From positions 32,001-96,000 of the forward strand of contig CAVUKB010000013.1 of the NCBI GenBank assembly GCA_963741955.1: a stretch of DNA of 64,000 bases. Direction: 5' to 3'. Below the pieces are notes generated by a model that did not search any database, was not told the origin of the DNA, and saw only the letters and a program-made list of their open reading frames with translations. Shown in pieces: positions 19,741 through 30,974 of this stretch. The position numbers and the translations under genes are program-made. Position 1 is the first letter of the stretch. Each line of letters starts with the position of its first letter. This DNA is from an uncultured Acidobacteriota bacterium (GTDB taxonomy: Bacteria; Acidobacteriota; Thermoanaerobaculia; Gp7-AA8).

Positions 19741-20166
19741 TCAACGTCTGCCCGCCACCTGGATGCGGGTGATCGACTCGTCGAGTTTTGCCTGTGCGAG
19801 TGCGAATCCCTCATCGTGGGAGGCGAGCGAAGCTAGTTCCCGCTCGGCGTCCAGCTTCTCGCGCTCCGCCGCGTCCACATCGATGTGCTCGAGTTCGTAC
19901 GCGTCCTCTGCCAGAACAATGACCCGATTGGGAAGGATTTCCGCGAACCCGAATTTCGCGACGAGGTAGTGAGAACGCTCTCCGACCCGGTACATCAGCT
20001 CGCCGACGCGCAGGCTGGCGAGCAGAGGGGTGTGGCCGGGAAGAATGCCCATGTACCCCTTCGCGGCCGGGATGAGTACCTCGTCGGCTTCGACTTCGAG
20101 GACTTTCCGCTCCCGAGTCACCACGGTCAGGAGCAGCGTCGCCGGGATTCTGGTCGCCTCGGCCAT
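19741..20166 (-). CDS. atpC: ATP synthase F1 epsilon subunit
   Basis: GYMGILPGHTPLL, GFAEI; last gene of the atp cluster. Confidence 0.93.
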   Translation of the reverse strand: MAEATRIPATLLLTVVTRERKVLEVEADEVLIPAAKGYMGILPGHTPLLASLRVGELMYRVGERSHYLVAKFGFAEILPNRVIVLAEDAYELEHIDVDAAEREKLDAERELASLASHDEGFALAQAKLDESITRIQVAGRR

Positions 20167-20167
20167 G

Positions 20168-21643
<1,476 letters not shown>

Positions 21644-22495
21644 CTATCCGAGCGCCGCAGCGCCCGAAACGATTTCGATGATCTCTTTGGTGATCGAAGC
21701 CTGCCGGATGCGGTTGTACGTGAGAGTGAGGCTGTCGATCACGTCGGTCGCATTCCTCGTCGCAGCTTCCATCGCCGTCATCCGTGCCGCCTGCTCGGCG
21801 GCCGCGGATTCCAGCAGCGCGCGGTAGATCTGGAACTCCACGAACTTCGGCAGGAGCTGCCGGAGAATCTCTTCCGGTGAAGGTTCGTAGAGATAGTCCA
21901 TCTCGACCGACGCTTCGGCGGTGTCGCGCATCAGCGGAAGGAGGCGCTCCATACGGACGATCTGCTGGATGACGGACTTGAACTCGTTGTAGACGACGTA
22001 GACCGCGTCGATCTTCTCGTCCTGGTAGTCGCCGATGATGACCCGGGCCAGATCGCGCGCCACTTCCGGCGTCATCGCCTGCATGATGTTGACGGCCTGA
22101 TACCGGATCGGCCAGTCGCGCCGGCGAAAATAGTCGTTGGCTTTGCGGCCGATCGGCAACAGAGCGGCTTCGTCCCACTCCTCGGTGACCAGCGCGTTCT
22201 GTGCGGCTCGGATCACGTTGCCATTGAACGCTCCACAGAGGCCCTTGTCCGCGGTCACCACGAGCACGAGGACACGCCGCTCGTCCCGGACGTGCAGGAG
22301 CGGATGGTCGGCGCGAACCCGGCTGGCGACGGAACGGAGAACCTCCTGAAGCGCGCCCGCATAAGGGCGGGCGGAGACGATCCGTTCCTGTGCACGGCGA
22401 AGCTTCGCGGCTGCGACCATCTTCATCGCCTTGGTGATCTGCTGTGTGTTGCGGACGCTTCGTATGCGCCGCCGTATGTCGATCGTACTCGGCAC
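21644..22495 (-). CDS. atpG: ATP synthase F1 gamma subunit
   Basis: ITKAMKMVAAAKL, DKGLCG, RQASITKEIIEIVSGA. Confidence 0.98.
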   Translation of the reverse strand: MPSTIDIRRRIRSVRNTQQITKAMKMVAAAKLRRAQERIVSARPYAGALQEVLRSVASRVRADHPLLHVRDERRVLVLVVTADKGLCGAFNGNVIRAAQNALVTEEWDEAALLPIGRKANDYFRRRDWPIRYQAVNIMQAMTPEVARDLARVIIGDYQDEKIDAVYVVYNEFKSVIQQIVRMERLLPLMRDTAEASVEMDYLYEPSPEEILRQLLPKFVEFQIYRALLESAAAEQAARMTAMEAATRNATDVIDSLTLTYNRIRQASITKEIIEIVSGAAALG

Positions 22496-22500
22496 GGGTG

Positions 22501-24039
22501 TCAGGCTCCGATCGCTTCGGGGTTGTCGCGGACGTAGGTTTTCTTGAATTCCAGAACTGCGTCGCGGATGTCGTTCGCCAGCGACTCCTCGAACTTCTTC
22601 GCCGTTTCGATCGTCTCGACGAGTCCCGCCCGCTCATCGGTCAGCCACTTGTGGAGCGCGGTCTCGAACGGACGGATCGCACCCACCTTCATGTCGTCGA
22701 AGAATCCGTGGGTGCCCGAGAATACCGAAACGACCTGAAGTCCGACCCGGAGTGGTTCGTACTGCCGCTGCTTGAGGATCTCGACCAGCCGGGTTCCACG
22801 GTTCAACTGCGCCTGAGTGGCCTTGTCCAGATCGCTGGCGAAGAGGACGAACGACGCGAGCTCGCGATACTGGGCAAGGTCGAGCCGGAGCGTTCCGGCC
22901 ACTGACCGCATGGCACGGATCTGGGCCGAACCGCCGACGCGCGAGACGGAGAGTCCTACGTTCACCGCGGGACGGACACCGGAGTGAAACAGGTCCGTCT
23001 CCAGGTAGATCTGACCGTCTGTGATCGAGATGACGTTGGTCGGGATGTACGCCGAAACGTCGCCCGCCTGCGTCTCGATGACCGGAAGCGCGGTCAGAGA
23101 GCCTCCACCTTTTTCGTCATTGAGCTTCGCAGCGCGCTCGAGAAGCCGCGAGTGGAGATAGAAGACGTCGCCCGGATACGCCTCGCGACCCGGGGGCCGG
23201 CGAAGAAGGAGCGAGATCTCGCGGTACGCCTGCGCATGCTTGGAGAGATCGTCGTAAATGCAGAGGGCATGCTGGCCGTTGTAAAGGAAGTACTCGCCCA
23301 TCGCGCATCCGGCGTACGGGGCCAGATACTGCATCGGCGCCGACTCGGAGGCGGAAGCGGTGACGACGATGGTGTGTTCCATCGCGCCATAGCTCTCGAG
23401 CGTCTTGACCACCTGTGCGACGGTCGACGACTTCTGGCCGATCGCGACGTAGACGCAGATGACCCCCTGCCCCTTCTGGTTGATGATCGTGTCGACCGCG
23501 ACGGCGGTCTTCCCGGTCTGGCGGTCTCCGATGATCAGCTCGCGCTGGCCTCGGCCGATCGGAATCATCGCGTCGATCGCCTTCAGTCCGGTCTGCAGAG
23601 GTTCCTTGACTCCTTTTCGTTCGATCACACCAGGCGCGATTCGCTCGATGGGATAAAACTCCGTGGAGTTGATCGGGCCTTTCCCATCGACCGGCTGACC
23701 GAGGGGATTCACGACCCTTCCGACCAGGGCGGGGCCGACAGGGACCGAAATGATGCGTCCGGTCCGCTTGACCTGATCGCCTTCCTTGATCTCCTGGTAC
23801 TCCCCGAGGAGAACCACCCCGACATTGTCTTCTTCGAGATTGAGCGCGAGCCCGAAAACGTCGTGCGGCAGCTCGAGCAGCTCTCCCGCCATGACCCGGT
23901 TCAATCCGTACACGCGGGCGATACCGTCGCCCACCGAAATGACGGATCCGACTTCGGAAACGTCGACGCCTCGCTCGATTCCGGCGATCTGCTGCCTGAT
24001 GATCTCCGTGATCTCGTCCGCTCTTAAATCAACGGCCAT
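22501..24039 (-). CDS. atpA: ATP synthase F1 alpha subunit
   Basis: [38 protein letters not shown]. Confidence 0.99.
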   Translation of the reverse strand: MAVDLRADEITEIIRQQIAGIERGVDVSEVGSVISVGDGIARVYGLNRVMAGELLELPHDVFGLALNLEEDNVGVVLLGEYQEIKEGDQVKRTGRIISVPVGPALVGRVVNPLGQPVDGKGPINSTEFYPIERIAPGVIERKGVKEPLQTGLKAIDAMIPIGRGQRELIIGDRQTGKTAVAVDTIINQKGQGVICVYVAIGQKSSTVAQVVKTLESYGAMEHTIVVTASASESAPMQYLAPYAGCAMGEYFLYNGQHALCIYDDLSKHAQAYREISLLLRRPPGREAYPGDVFYLHSRLLERAAKLNDEKGGGSLTALPVIETQAGDVSAYIPTNVISITDGQIYLETDLFHSGVRPAVNVGLSVSRVGGSAQIRAMRSVAGTLRLDLAQYRELASFVLFASDLDKATQAQLNRGTRLVEILKQRQYEPLRVGLQVVSVFSGTHGFFDDMKVGAIRPFETALHKWLTDERAGLVETIETAKKFEESLANDIRDAVLEFKKTYVRDNPEAIGA

Positions 24040-24097
24040 ATGATCTCCTGAAAACGGTGCTTCGAAACTAGTTGTGGATTTAGTTCCAGAAAACTGC

Positions 24098-24631
24098 TCA
24101 AGCTAATTGTTCTCTAAATTTGTGGATCTGTCCGAGAACGGATGCGTCGAAGACTTCACTGCCGACCTTCGCCACGAACCCGCCGAGCAGAGATGGGTCG
24201 GTCTCGACCTCGAGCTCGATTTTCTGCCCGAATTTCTGCTCCAGTGCGCCACGCAGGCGCTGCTGCTCGTCTTCGGACAGACCGCGAGCAGAGCGGACGT
24301 CCGCTCGCACGATTCCCATCGCCGAGTGAATCATCGCCTGAAGCGCTTCGAGGATGAAGGCGAGATCATTCACCCGGTGATTCCGGACCAGGACGTCGAG
24401 AACTCTCATGGTCAGATCGGATAGCTGAAGGCGCTCTGCGATGCTTCGCACGATCGCCAGCCGGTCTGCGATGTCCACCGAGGGGTTTCTCAGGACTTCG
24501 GGCAGCTCCGGAGCGAGTTTTCTCGCCTCTTCGAAACGCGCGAGCTCACGGCGTGTCGTGTCGGCAGTCTCCACCGATGCGGCGACCTCGTAGATCGCTT
24601 TGGCGTAAGAACGGGCAAAGCTGCGGATCAT
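24098..24631 (-). CDS. atpH: ATP synthase F1 delta subunit
   Basis: [23 protein letters not shown]; directly upstream of atpA. Confidence 0.92.
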   Translation of the reverse strand: MIRSFARSYAKAIYEVAASVETADTTRRELARFEEARKLAPELPEVLRNPSVDIADRLAIVRSIAERLQLSDLTMRVLDVLVRNHRVNDLAFILEALQAMIHSAMGIVRADVRSARGLSEDEQQRLRGALEQKFGQKIELEVETDPSLLGGFVAKVGSEVFDASVLGQIHKFREQLA

Positions 24632-25284
24632 GAACGCACCCCCGCGATCTCCCGGACGCTCTCGTCGAAGAGCTTGGACCGGTCCTCATCCGTGATCGAG
24701 TGGGCCACGATCTGTTCCGCCCGTTCAGTCGCGAGCCGTCCGGCATACTCGGTGAGCTCCTGGTGGGCTTGTTTGACCCGCAGGTCGACCGCGTTCTGGG
24801 CCGAAGCGAGAATCTTCTGAGACTCGGTTTCCGCCGCAGCGATCAGCTCCTGCTTCTGGCGTTCGCCTTCTTCGTGGGCGCGTTCGAGGATTTCCGCAAC
24901 CTCGCGCTCGATCTGAGAGAGCCGCTGCTGGATGTCGCTCGCCAGCTGATCCGCTTTCGCCCGGCGTTGTTCCGCCTCACTCAGGCGCTGGCGAATTGCT
25001 GCTTTTCTTCCGTCGAAGCTCTGAACGACCGGCTTCCGGATCAGGTACCAGAGGAGGCCGAGAAACAGCAGCATGTTCACCAGCTGCCAGAGCCAGCTCG
25101 GAAGCCCCAGGAAAGTCGTGGAGAGGCCGTGCGCCTCCTCACCCTGAGCCGCCCCGGAGACCTCCTGACCGACCTTCTGGGATCCCTGAGAAATGTTGCT
25201 CGGCGAGGCACCCCCCTCATGCACCTGAGCGAGGGCTCCGAGCGGCATCACGACGAGGAGTAAAACCAGGAGGAGTCGCTTCAT
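24628..25284 (-). CDS. atpF: ATP synthase F0 subunit b (with N-terminal signal-like extension)
   Basis: WQLVNMLLFLGLLWYLIRKP membrane anchor followed by a long coiled coil; operon position. Confidence 0.85.
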   Translation of the reverse strand: MKRLLLVLLLVVMPLGALAQVHEGGASPSNISQGSQKVGQEVSGAAQGEEAHGLSTTFLGLPSWLWQLVNMLLFLGLLWYLIRKPVVQSFDGRKAAIRQRLSEAEQRRAKADQLASDIQQRLSQIEREVAEILERAHEEGERQKQELIAAAETESQKILASAQNAVDLRVKQAHQELTEYAGRLATERAEQIVAHSITDEDRSKLFDESVREIAGVRS

Positions 25285-25718
25285 GACAGTTTTCGTCCCA
25301 GAATGCGTTCTGCGGTGAGTCGCGCGAGCATCTCGGAGTCGCGGAGTATCGTGTCGCGAGCGGTCGCGACATCCTTCTCGACCTTCGACTCGGCGTCCAT
25401 TGTGATCGCCTCCGCCTCCGATCGTGTTTTCTGGAGAAGTTCGTTCTTGTATCCGGCGGCCTCATTGCGCCGTTGGTCCCGGAGCTGACTCCCTTCCCGC
25501 TTCGCATCATGAAGACGCGACTCCATGTCTCGAGTCTCGTCGTTGAATCGGCTCAGCGCCTCTTCATACCTTTTTTCAGCGCTCCGTATTTCGGTCTCGC
25601 GCCAGATGAGAATGTCGTTGATCGGCCGGATCAGAAAACGACGGACGACGAAGTACGTCGCGAGGAAAATCGCGACGATCGCAAGAAGAGACAAGTCGGG
25701 TGCAAGATTGATCTGCAT
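25281..25718 (-). CDS. ATP synthase F0 subunit b'
   Basis: MQINLAPDLSLL...FLIRPI membrane anchor plus coiled coil ending ERILGRKLS; start re-set to ATG 25718. Confidence 0.85.
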   Translation of the reverse strand: MQINLAPDLSLLAIVAIFLATYFVVRRFLIRPINDILIWRETEIRSAEKRYEEALSRFNDETRDMESRLHDAKREGSQLRDQRRNEAAGYKNELLQKTRSEAEAITMDAESKVEKDVATARDTILRDSEMLARLTAERILGRKLS

Positions 25719-25796
25719 AGTAGTATTCGGAAGCGAAGGGTCAGGCGCCGGGAACCCGGAAAAACCACACAGCGCACGCCACGCAAGGGCCGCAGA

Positions 25797-25825
25797 CGTA
25801 TAGCACAGCAAATGACAATAATCAA
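25797..25825 (-). promoter_or_regulatory. Sigma70-type promoter of the atp operon
   Basis: TTGATT-17 nt-TATACG with TG extension. Confidence 0.6.
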
Positions 25826-25875
25826 CCGTGGCGGGGGAAGGAAGCTCCTCCTTCCGGCGTTCTCCCGGGAGTCCT

Positions 25876-26442
25876 ATGACGAGCCCTTACCGGAGGATTC
25901 TCGCACTCGCCGATGCGCATTTCGACCAGGTGCTGCGCACCCAGCGAGGCAACCTCTCGTGCCGCGTCGGATGCACTCATTGCTGCCATGGCTTCTTCGA
26001 GATCGGGGCAGCCGACGTTTCGATCATCGCCGAAGCTCTGGGCCATATGCCTGCAGGGGAGCGCGACCGGTTGATCCGCGCGGCGCGCGCATCGCTGGAG
26101 ACGACGAATCACCCCCGTCTGCGCGACCTCACCAAATCCGAACGCGATGCGTTTCTCGACTCGACCGAAGGCCTCCCCTGCCCCGCCCTCGGTGCGGACG
26201 GCGCATGCACGATCTACGATTTCCGCCCCCTGATCTGCCGGACTTTCGGTCTTCCCATCCGGGAAGGCCCCAGGTTCCTCGGTGAAGAGTGCTTTCTGAA
26301 TTTCACGGAAGCGACTGACGATGAGCGGTTCGACGCGGCCTGGGATCTGCTCGAGGAAGACGCAGTCGGTGTCGAGGATCAGTACACCGTCGCCGAAGCG
26401 ATCGTTGCGGCAGCCCGGGGCGTGGGAATCCCGGAACCCTGA
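25876..26442 (+). CDS. YkgJ/FliB family CxxxCxxCC cysteine cluster protein
   Basis: CRVGCTHCC, CPAL, CTIYDFRPLICRTFG motifs. Confidence 0.85.
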   Translation: MTSPYRRILALADAHFDQVLRTQRGNLSCRVGCTHCCHGFFEIGAADVSIIAEALGHMPAGERDRLIRAARASLETTNHPRLRDLTKSERDAFLDSTEGLPCPALGADGACTIYDFRPLICRTFGLPIREGPRFLGEECFLNFTEATDDERFDAAWDLLEEDAVGVEDQYTVAEAIVAAARGVGIPEP

Positions 26443-26483
26443 CCCCGAGGAGTGGTTCCACTCTCGCCGATAGTTTCCGGCGG

Positions 26484-26870
26484 CTACGACGACTTGTGGA
26501 TACTCTTGAGACCGGCCACGGCGACGGGAACTTCGCGCTCCGCCATGGAGCAGCTTCCCTGAAAGGTCGCGCCTTCTTCGATGATCAGAGTCGGGGTATC
26601 GATGTCGCTGAAGACGTGGCCGCTGCGATGAATCTCGATGCGGTCATCGGCTTTGATCCGGCCGACGACGGTCCCGCTGATCGCGATACGGCCGACGTGG
26701 ATCTCCCCTTCGATACTGGCGCTTTCTCCGACGATCAGCTCGTTCTTGGAAAAAATCTTTCCGTTGAACTTCCCGTCGATGCGCATCGTGTCCTCGAATT
26801 CGAGCTCGCCGCGGAATGACGATCCGCGATCGAGAAATCCGTTCAGTTCACCACCGTTCTTCGGCTTCAT
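26484..26870 (-). CDS. Bactofilin (polymer-forming cytoskeletal protein)
   Basis: Beta-solenoid repeats FRGELEFEDTMRIDGKFNGKI...LIIEEGATFQGSC; ATGA overlap with parB. Confidence 0.9.
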   Translation of the reverse strand: MKPKNGGELNGFLDRGSSFRGELEFEDTMRIDGKFNGKIFSKNELIVGESASIEGEIHVGRIAISGTVVGRIKADDRIEIHRSGHVFSDIDTPTLIIEEGATFQGSCSMAEREVPVAVAGLKSIHKSS

Positions 26871-27718
26871 CGTTTTCTCCCACTCCCGGTCAGCTCTTCG
26901 TACAGACGGATCAACTCATCCTCGCTTGAAAAAGTCACTCTGATCTCGCCTCCCCGGCGCTTCCGCTCGATCGCGACCTTCGCCCGGAGAGAACGGGTCA
27001 GTTTCTCTTCGGCATCACGAGTAAAGACGTCCTTCAGCTTCTCGGGTTTTTTCGCTGCAGAAGGAGCGCCCGAGACGAGGTGCTCCGTCTGACGCACATT
27101 GAGATCATTCTTGATCACCCGATCAGCAAGCGTCTCGATTTTACGAGGTTCTTCGACACTCAGAAGCGCACGTGCGTGCCCCATCGAGAGCTGGCCGGCC
27201 GCGACCATCTTCTTCACGCGCTCCGGGAGGCGGAGGAGCCGGAGAAAATTCGCCACCGTCGGGCGTTCCTTGCCGACGCGTTTCGCGATCTCTTCCTGGG
27301 TGAGGCCGAACTCGTCGTGGAGCTGTTGATACGCGACGGCTTCTTCCATCGGATTCAGATCTTCGCGCTGAATGTTTTCAATGAGTGCGAGCTGGAGAGC
27401 CTGGCCGCTCTGCACGAGCTCTTTCACGACCACCGGGACGGTTTTCAGTCCGGCCTTCTGGCTTGCGCGAAACCGCCGCTCGCCTGCGATCAGCTGGTAG
27501 CGCGAATCGCCGCTCCTCGTGACTACGAGAGGCTGTACGACGCCGTTCTCGCGAATGCTCCGCGCCAGCGATTCGAGTGCGGCCTCGTCAAAAGTCTTTC
27601 GTGGCTGGTCCGGATTCGGGATGATCCGCTCGATCGGAACTTCGAGCAGACCGGCTCCCTCTTCCTTCTGAGGAATGAGAGCCCCGAGTCCACGGCCGAG
27701 CACTCGTTTTTGCGCCAA
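26867..27718 (-). CDS. parB: Chromosome partitioning protein ParB
   Basis: LGRGLGALI, PNPDQPRK, IAGERRFRA, LIENIQREDLNP, HTH. Confidence 0.97.
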   Translation of the reverse strand: MAQKRVLGRGLGALIPQKEEGAGLLEVPIERIIPNPDQPRKTFDEAALESLARSIRENGVVQPLVVTRSGDSRYQLIAGERRFRASQKAGLKTVPVVVKELVQSGQALQLALIENIQREDLNPMEEAVAYQQLHDEFGLTQEEIAKRVGKERPTVANFLRLLRLPERVKKMVAAGQLSMGHARALLSVEEPRKIETLADRVIKNDLNVRQTEHLVSGAPSAAKKPEKLKDVFTRDAEEKLTRSLRAKVAIERKRRGGEIRVTFSSEDELIRLYEELTGSGRKR

Positions 27719-27724
27719 TGCTGA

Positions 27725-28504
27725 TTACCCCACGTCGATGACGGTTTCGGCTCTCTTTATAAACTCTTGAGCCAATTGAAGATAGGACTCACTGCCCCTC
27801 GATCTTATGTCGTACAGGATGATCGGCTTACCGAACGAAGGAGCCTCTCCCAGCCGGACGTTCCGCGGTACTACGGTCTGGTACACCTTCTCCCCGAAAT
27901 AGCTCCTGATCTCTTCGGAGACCTGGCGAGCGAGGTTGATGCGTTCATCGTACATCGTCAGGGCGATTCCCTCGATCTCGAGAGAGGGGTTCAAAGACGT
28001 CTGTACCCGCTCAATGGTGTTGACCAGCTGAGAGATTCCCTCCAGAGCGAAGTACTCACACTGCACCGGAACCACGACCGAATCCGCAGCCACGAGTCCG
28101 TTCACCGTCAGAAGACCGAGTGAAGGAGGTGAGTCGATGAAGATGTAGTCGTACTCTTCACGAATCGGCGCGAGTACGTCCGCAAGCCGGAACTCCCGGC
28201 GATCACCCTCCGAGAGCTCGATCTCCGCGGCTACGAGATCGACGGACGATGGCGCGATGTGAAGCATAGGGAGCTCGGTCTCCTGAATGATGCTCCGAAT
28301 CGCCTGCCCCGCGACCAGGACCGGGTACATCGAATCGCGGCTGTTTTTCGGAAGTCCGACTCCCGAGGTGGCGTTCGCCTGAGGATCGAGGTCGACCAGG
28401 AGGACTCGCCGGTCACATACGGCGACCGACGCTCCGAGATTGATCGCGGTGGTGGTCTTGCCCACACCACCTTTCTGGTTCGCGAGAGATACGATCTTCG
28501 CCAT
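27725..28504 (-). CDS. parA: Chromosome partitioning ATPase ParA/Soj
   Basis: NQKGGVGKTT, DLDPQANATSG, IDSPPSLG, PRNVRLGEAPSFG. Confidence 0.97.
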   Translation of the reverse strand: MAKIVSLANQKGGVGKTTTAINLGASVAVCDRRVLLVDLDPQANATSGVGLPKNSRDSMYPVLVAGQAIRSIIQETELPMLHIAPSSVDLVAAEIELSEGDRREFRLADVLAPIREEYDYIFIDSPPSLGLLTVNGLVAADSVVVPVQCEYFALEGISQLVNTIERVQTSLNPSLEIEGIALTMYDERINLARQVSEEIRSYFGEKVYQTVVPRNVRLGEAPSFGKPIILYDIRSRGSESYLQLAQEFIKRAETVIDVG

Positions 28505-28505
28505 C

Positions 28506-28521
28506 TGTTTCACGTGGAACG
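28506..28521. promoter_or_regulatory. parS centromere site
   Basis: TGTTTCACGTGGAACG versus consensus TGTTTCACGTGAAACA; overlaps the rsmG stop, 1 nt from the parA ATG. Confidence 0.88.
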
Positions 28522-29082
28522 CCGCAGAATCTGGAGAAAATTCGATTCTCCTCGCGGCAACACCTCAGTTCGGTCGATCTCCAGGCCGGCCACGTCAGGC
28601 ACGTCCCGCCCTGTCTGAAAGAGCGCGACCTTCCCCAACCCAGCCAGGTGCGGCAACACGAGTGGAATCCACTGCTCGGGATGTCCGACGGCCCGCGACG
28701 TGACCAGCTGAAACAGCAGGTCCGGATCGAGCCGCCCAATGACGTTCGCCAATCTATCACCGTGGGCGACCGAGTTCAACGAACACTCGCGGATCACCTG
28801 CTTCAGAAAGGCCCACTTCCGGCGGTCCGCTTCCACCAGGTGAAACCGTGCTTCCGGGCTGACGATCGCCATCGGAATCGCGGGGAGTCCACCTCCACTC
28901 CCGACATCGAGAACCTCCCCGTCGGGCCGGAGAACGCGAGCCGCCGCGATCCCCTCCTCGATGTGCTCATCGATATGTCTCCGCGCCTCAGGCCCGATCA
29001 GGTTGATCTTCGCCGACCAGGTCAGCAGCAGCTCGCGGTAGACCCGAATCCGCGCCGATGCTTCTCGCTCCACGTGCTCCAC
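28510..29082 (-). CDS. rsmG: 16S rRNA m7G methyltransferase RsmG (GidB)
   Basis: VLDVGSGGGLPAIP, LVEADRRKWAFL, VTSRAV; located between mnmG and parA. Confidence 0.9.
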   Translation of the reverse strand: MEHVEREASARIRVYRELLLTWSAKINLIGPEARRHIDEHIEEGIAAARVLRPDGEVLDVGSGGGLPAIPMAIVSPEARFHLVEADRRKWAFLKQVIRECSLNSVAHGDRLANVIGRLDPDLLFQLVTSRAVGHPEQWIPLVLPHLAGLGKVALFQTGRDVPDVAGLEIDRTEVLPRGESNFLQILRRST

Positions 29083-30958
29083 CCCTTCTCAGATGCAACC
29101 GCAGGATCGCGATTGCCGCAGGAGTCATCCCGGGGATCCGTCCCGCCTGTCCGAGAGACACCGGACGCACCCGTTCCAGCTTGTCGATCAGCTCGATCGA
29201 CAAGCCCGGCTTTCGATAGGAAAACGCCGACGGAATCCTCAGATCCTCATCCTGCCGGATCTTTTCCGCCTCCAGGCGCTGCTTCTCGATGTATCCCGCG
29301 TACCGCGCCCGGTTCACCACCGCGTCACGCTCCTCTTCCGAGAGCGACGCGAACGTCCCCACCATCTGGTCGAACAATCCCTTTTCGCGGCAGGCATCGA
29401 GAAACTCCTCGAGCGGGAATCCCGGGCGCTGCAGCAGCTTGGCCACTGTGGCCGGTCCTGCCAGGCTCAGTCCGAGCGATCCAAACCATTCCACCACGTC
29501 TCTCGACGGCACGATCTCCGAAGCGCCGGCGGCTTCTTCGGCTGCTCTCGTTCTCCGACGCCGGCCGTCCACGCGCTGGAGCCGCTCTTCATCCACGAGC
29601 CCGAGGCCGGCCGCGACGGGCGTGAGGCGTTCGTAAACGGTATCGCAGCCGAGGAGGAGCCGGTGTTCCGCGCGGGAGGTGAACATCCGGTATGGCTCTT
29701 CGGTGCCGAGGGTGACGAGATCGTCGATCATCACCCCGAGGTATGCCTGATCCCGGCGGAGGATGAGCGGCTCGGCGTCTCGAAGCAGCTGGAGTGCGTT
29801 GATACCAGCGATGAGACCCTGTCCTGCGGCTTCTTCGTAGCCCGAGGTTCCGTTGATTTGGCCCGCCAGGAAGAGACCGCGGATTCCCCTCACCTGCAGT
29901 GTCGGGTCGAGCTGCTCCGGATTCACGAAATCGTACTCGACGGCGTAGCCGTAGCGGGTGATCACTGCGCGCTCGAGGCCCGGGATTCCATGAACCACGT
30001 CCTCCTGCACATCCGGAGGAAGGGACGTCGAGATCCCGTTCAGGTAGAGCCAGGGGTGCTCGAGTCCTTCCGGCTCGACGAATACGTGATGCTGGGCCTT
30101 CTCCGCGAAGCGGACCACCTTGTCTTCGATCGACGGGCAATACCGCGGACCGGTCCCCTCGATCTGTCCGGAGTACATCGGTGCGCGATGGAGATTTGCG
30201 CGAATGAGCTCGTGGATCCGCTCGTCCGTGTGGGTGAGCCAGCAGAGAACCTGCGGCTGAAAGACGCTGTCAGTGAGGATCGAAAATGGGCGAGGGGTCT
30301 CGTCCCCTGGCGCTTCGGTCATTCGCGTGAAATCGGCAGAGCTTTTCGCGACGCGCGGAGGTGTGCCGGTCTTGAGCCTTCCGAGGCGCAGACCGATTGC
30401 GGCGAGGGAGGTCGAGAGTGTCTCTGCGGAGGGTTCTCCGAAACGGCCCCCCACGGTCTTCTTCTCTCCGGAGTGCATGAGTGAACGGAGAAACGTACCG
30501 GTGGTGACGATCACAGCCGGTGCGGCGAGAGATCTGCCGTCCTGGAGCGAAACTCCCGCGACGGCGTTTGCTTCGATCTGAAGGTCGGATACGAGCCCTT
30601 CGACGATCGATAGATTCGGTTCGTTTTCGAGGGAGGTGCGGACCGTGGCGGCGTAAAGGTCGCGGTCGCACTGGACGCGCGGACCATGAACGGCGGGACC
30701 CTTCGACCGATTGAGGACTTTGAACTGGATTCCCGCCCGATCGGCCGCTTCCCCCATCAGACCACCCATGGCATCGATCTCCCGGACCAGGTGGCCTTTG
30801 GCGAGCCCTCCGATTGCCGGGTTGCACGACATCCGGCCGATGGCCTCGGCGATCATGGTGACCAGGGCGACCCGGGCTCCTCCACGCGCAACGATGCGCG
30901 CAGCCTCGGCGCCGGCGTGACCGCCCCCGATCACGATCACGTCGAATCGATCACTCAT
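28988..30958 (-). CDS. mnmG: tRNA modification enzyme MnmG (GidA)
   Basis: VIGGGHAG, MSCNPAIGG, RLKTGTPPR, GPRYCPSIEDK, GQINGTSGYEEAA, EPYRMFTSRAE. Confidence 0.98.
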   Translation of the reverse strand: MSDRFDVIVIGGGHAGAEAARIVARGGARVALVTMIAEAIGRMSCNPAIGGLAKGHLVREIDAMGGLMGEAADRAGIQFKVLNRSKGPAVHGPRVQCDRDLYAATVRTSLENEPNLSIVEGLVSDLQIEANAVAGVSLQDGRSLAAPAVIVTTGTFLRSLMHSGEKKTVGGRFGEPSAETLSTSLAAIGLRLGRLKTGTPPRVAKSSADFTRMTEAPGDETPRPFSILTDSVFQPQVLCWLTHTDERIHELIRANLHRAPMYSGQIEGTGPRYCPSIEDKVVRFAEKAQHHVFVEPEGLEHPWLYLNGISTSLPPDVQEDVVHGIPGLERAVITRYGYAVEYDFVNPEQLDPTLQVRGIRGLFLAGQINGTSGYEEAAGQGLIAGINALQLLRDAEPLILRRDQAYLGVMIDDLVTLGTEEPYRMFTSRAEHRLLLGCDTVYERLTPVAAGLGLVDEERLQRVDGRRRRTRAAEEAAGASEIVPSRDVVEWFGSLGLSLAGPATVAKLLQRPGFPLEEFLDACREKGLFDQMVGTFASLSEEERDAVVNRARYAGYIEKQRLEAEKIRQDEDLRIPSAFSYRKPGLSIELIDKLERVRPVSLGQAGRIPGMTPAAIAILRLHLRRGGARGARSIGADSGLPRAAADLVGEDQPDRA

Positions 30959-30974
30959 GGTTCCACGTGAAACA
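30959..30974. promoter_or_regulatory. parS centromere site
   Basis: GGTTCCACGTGAAACA; fills the entire 16 bp gap between mnmE and mnmG. Confidence 0.9.
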
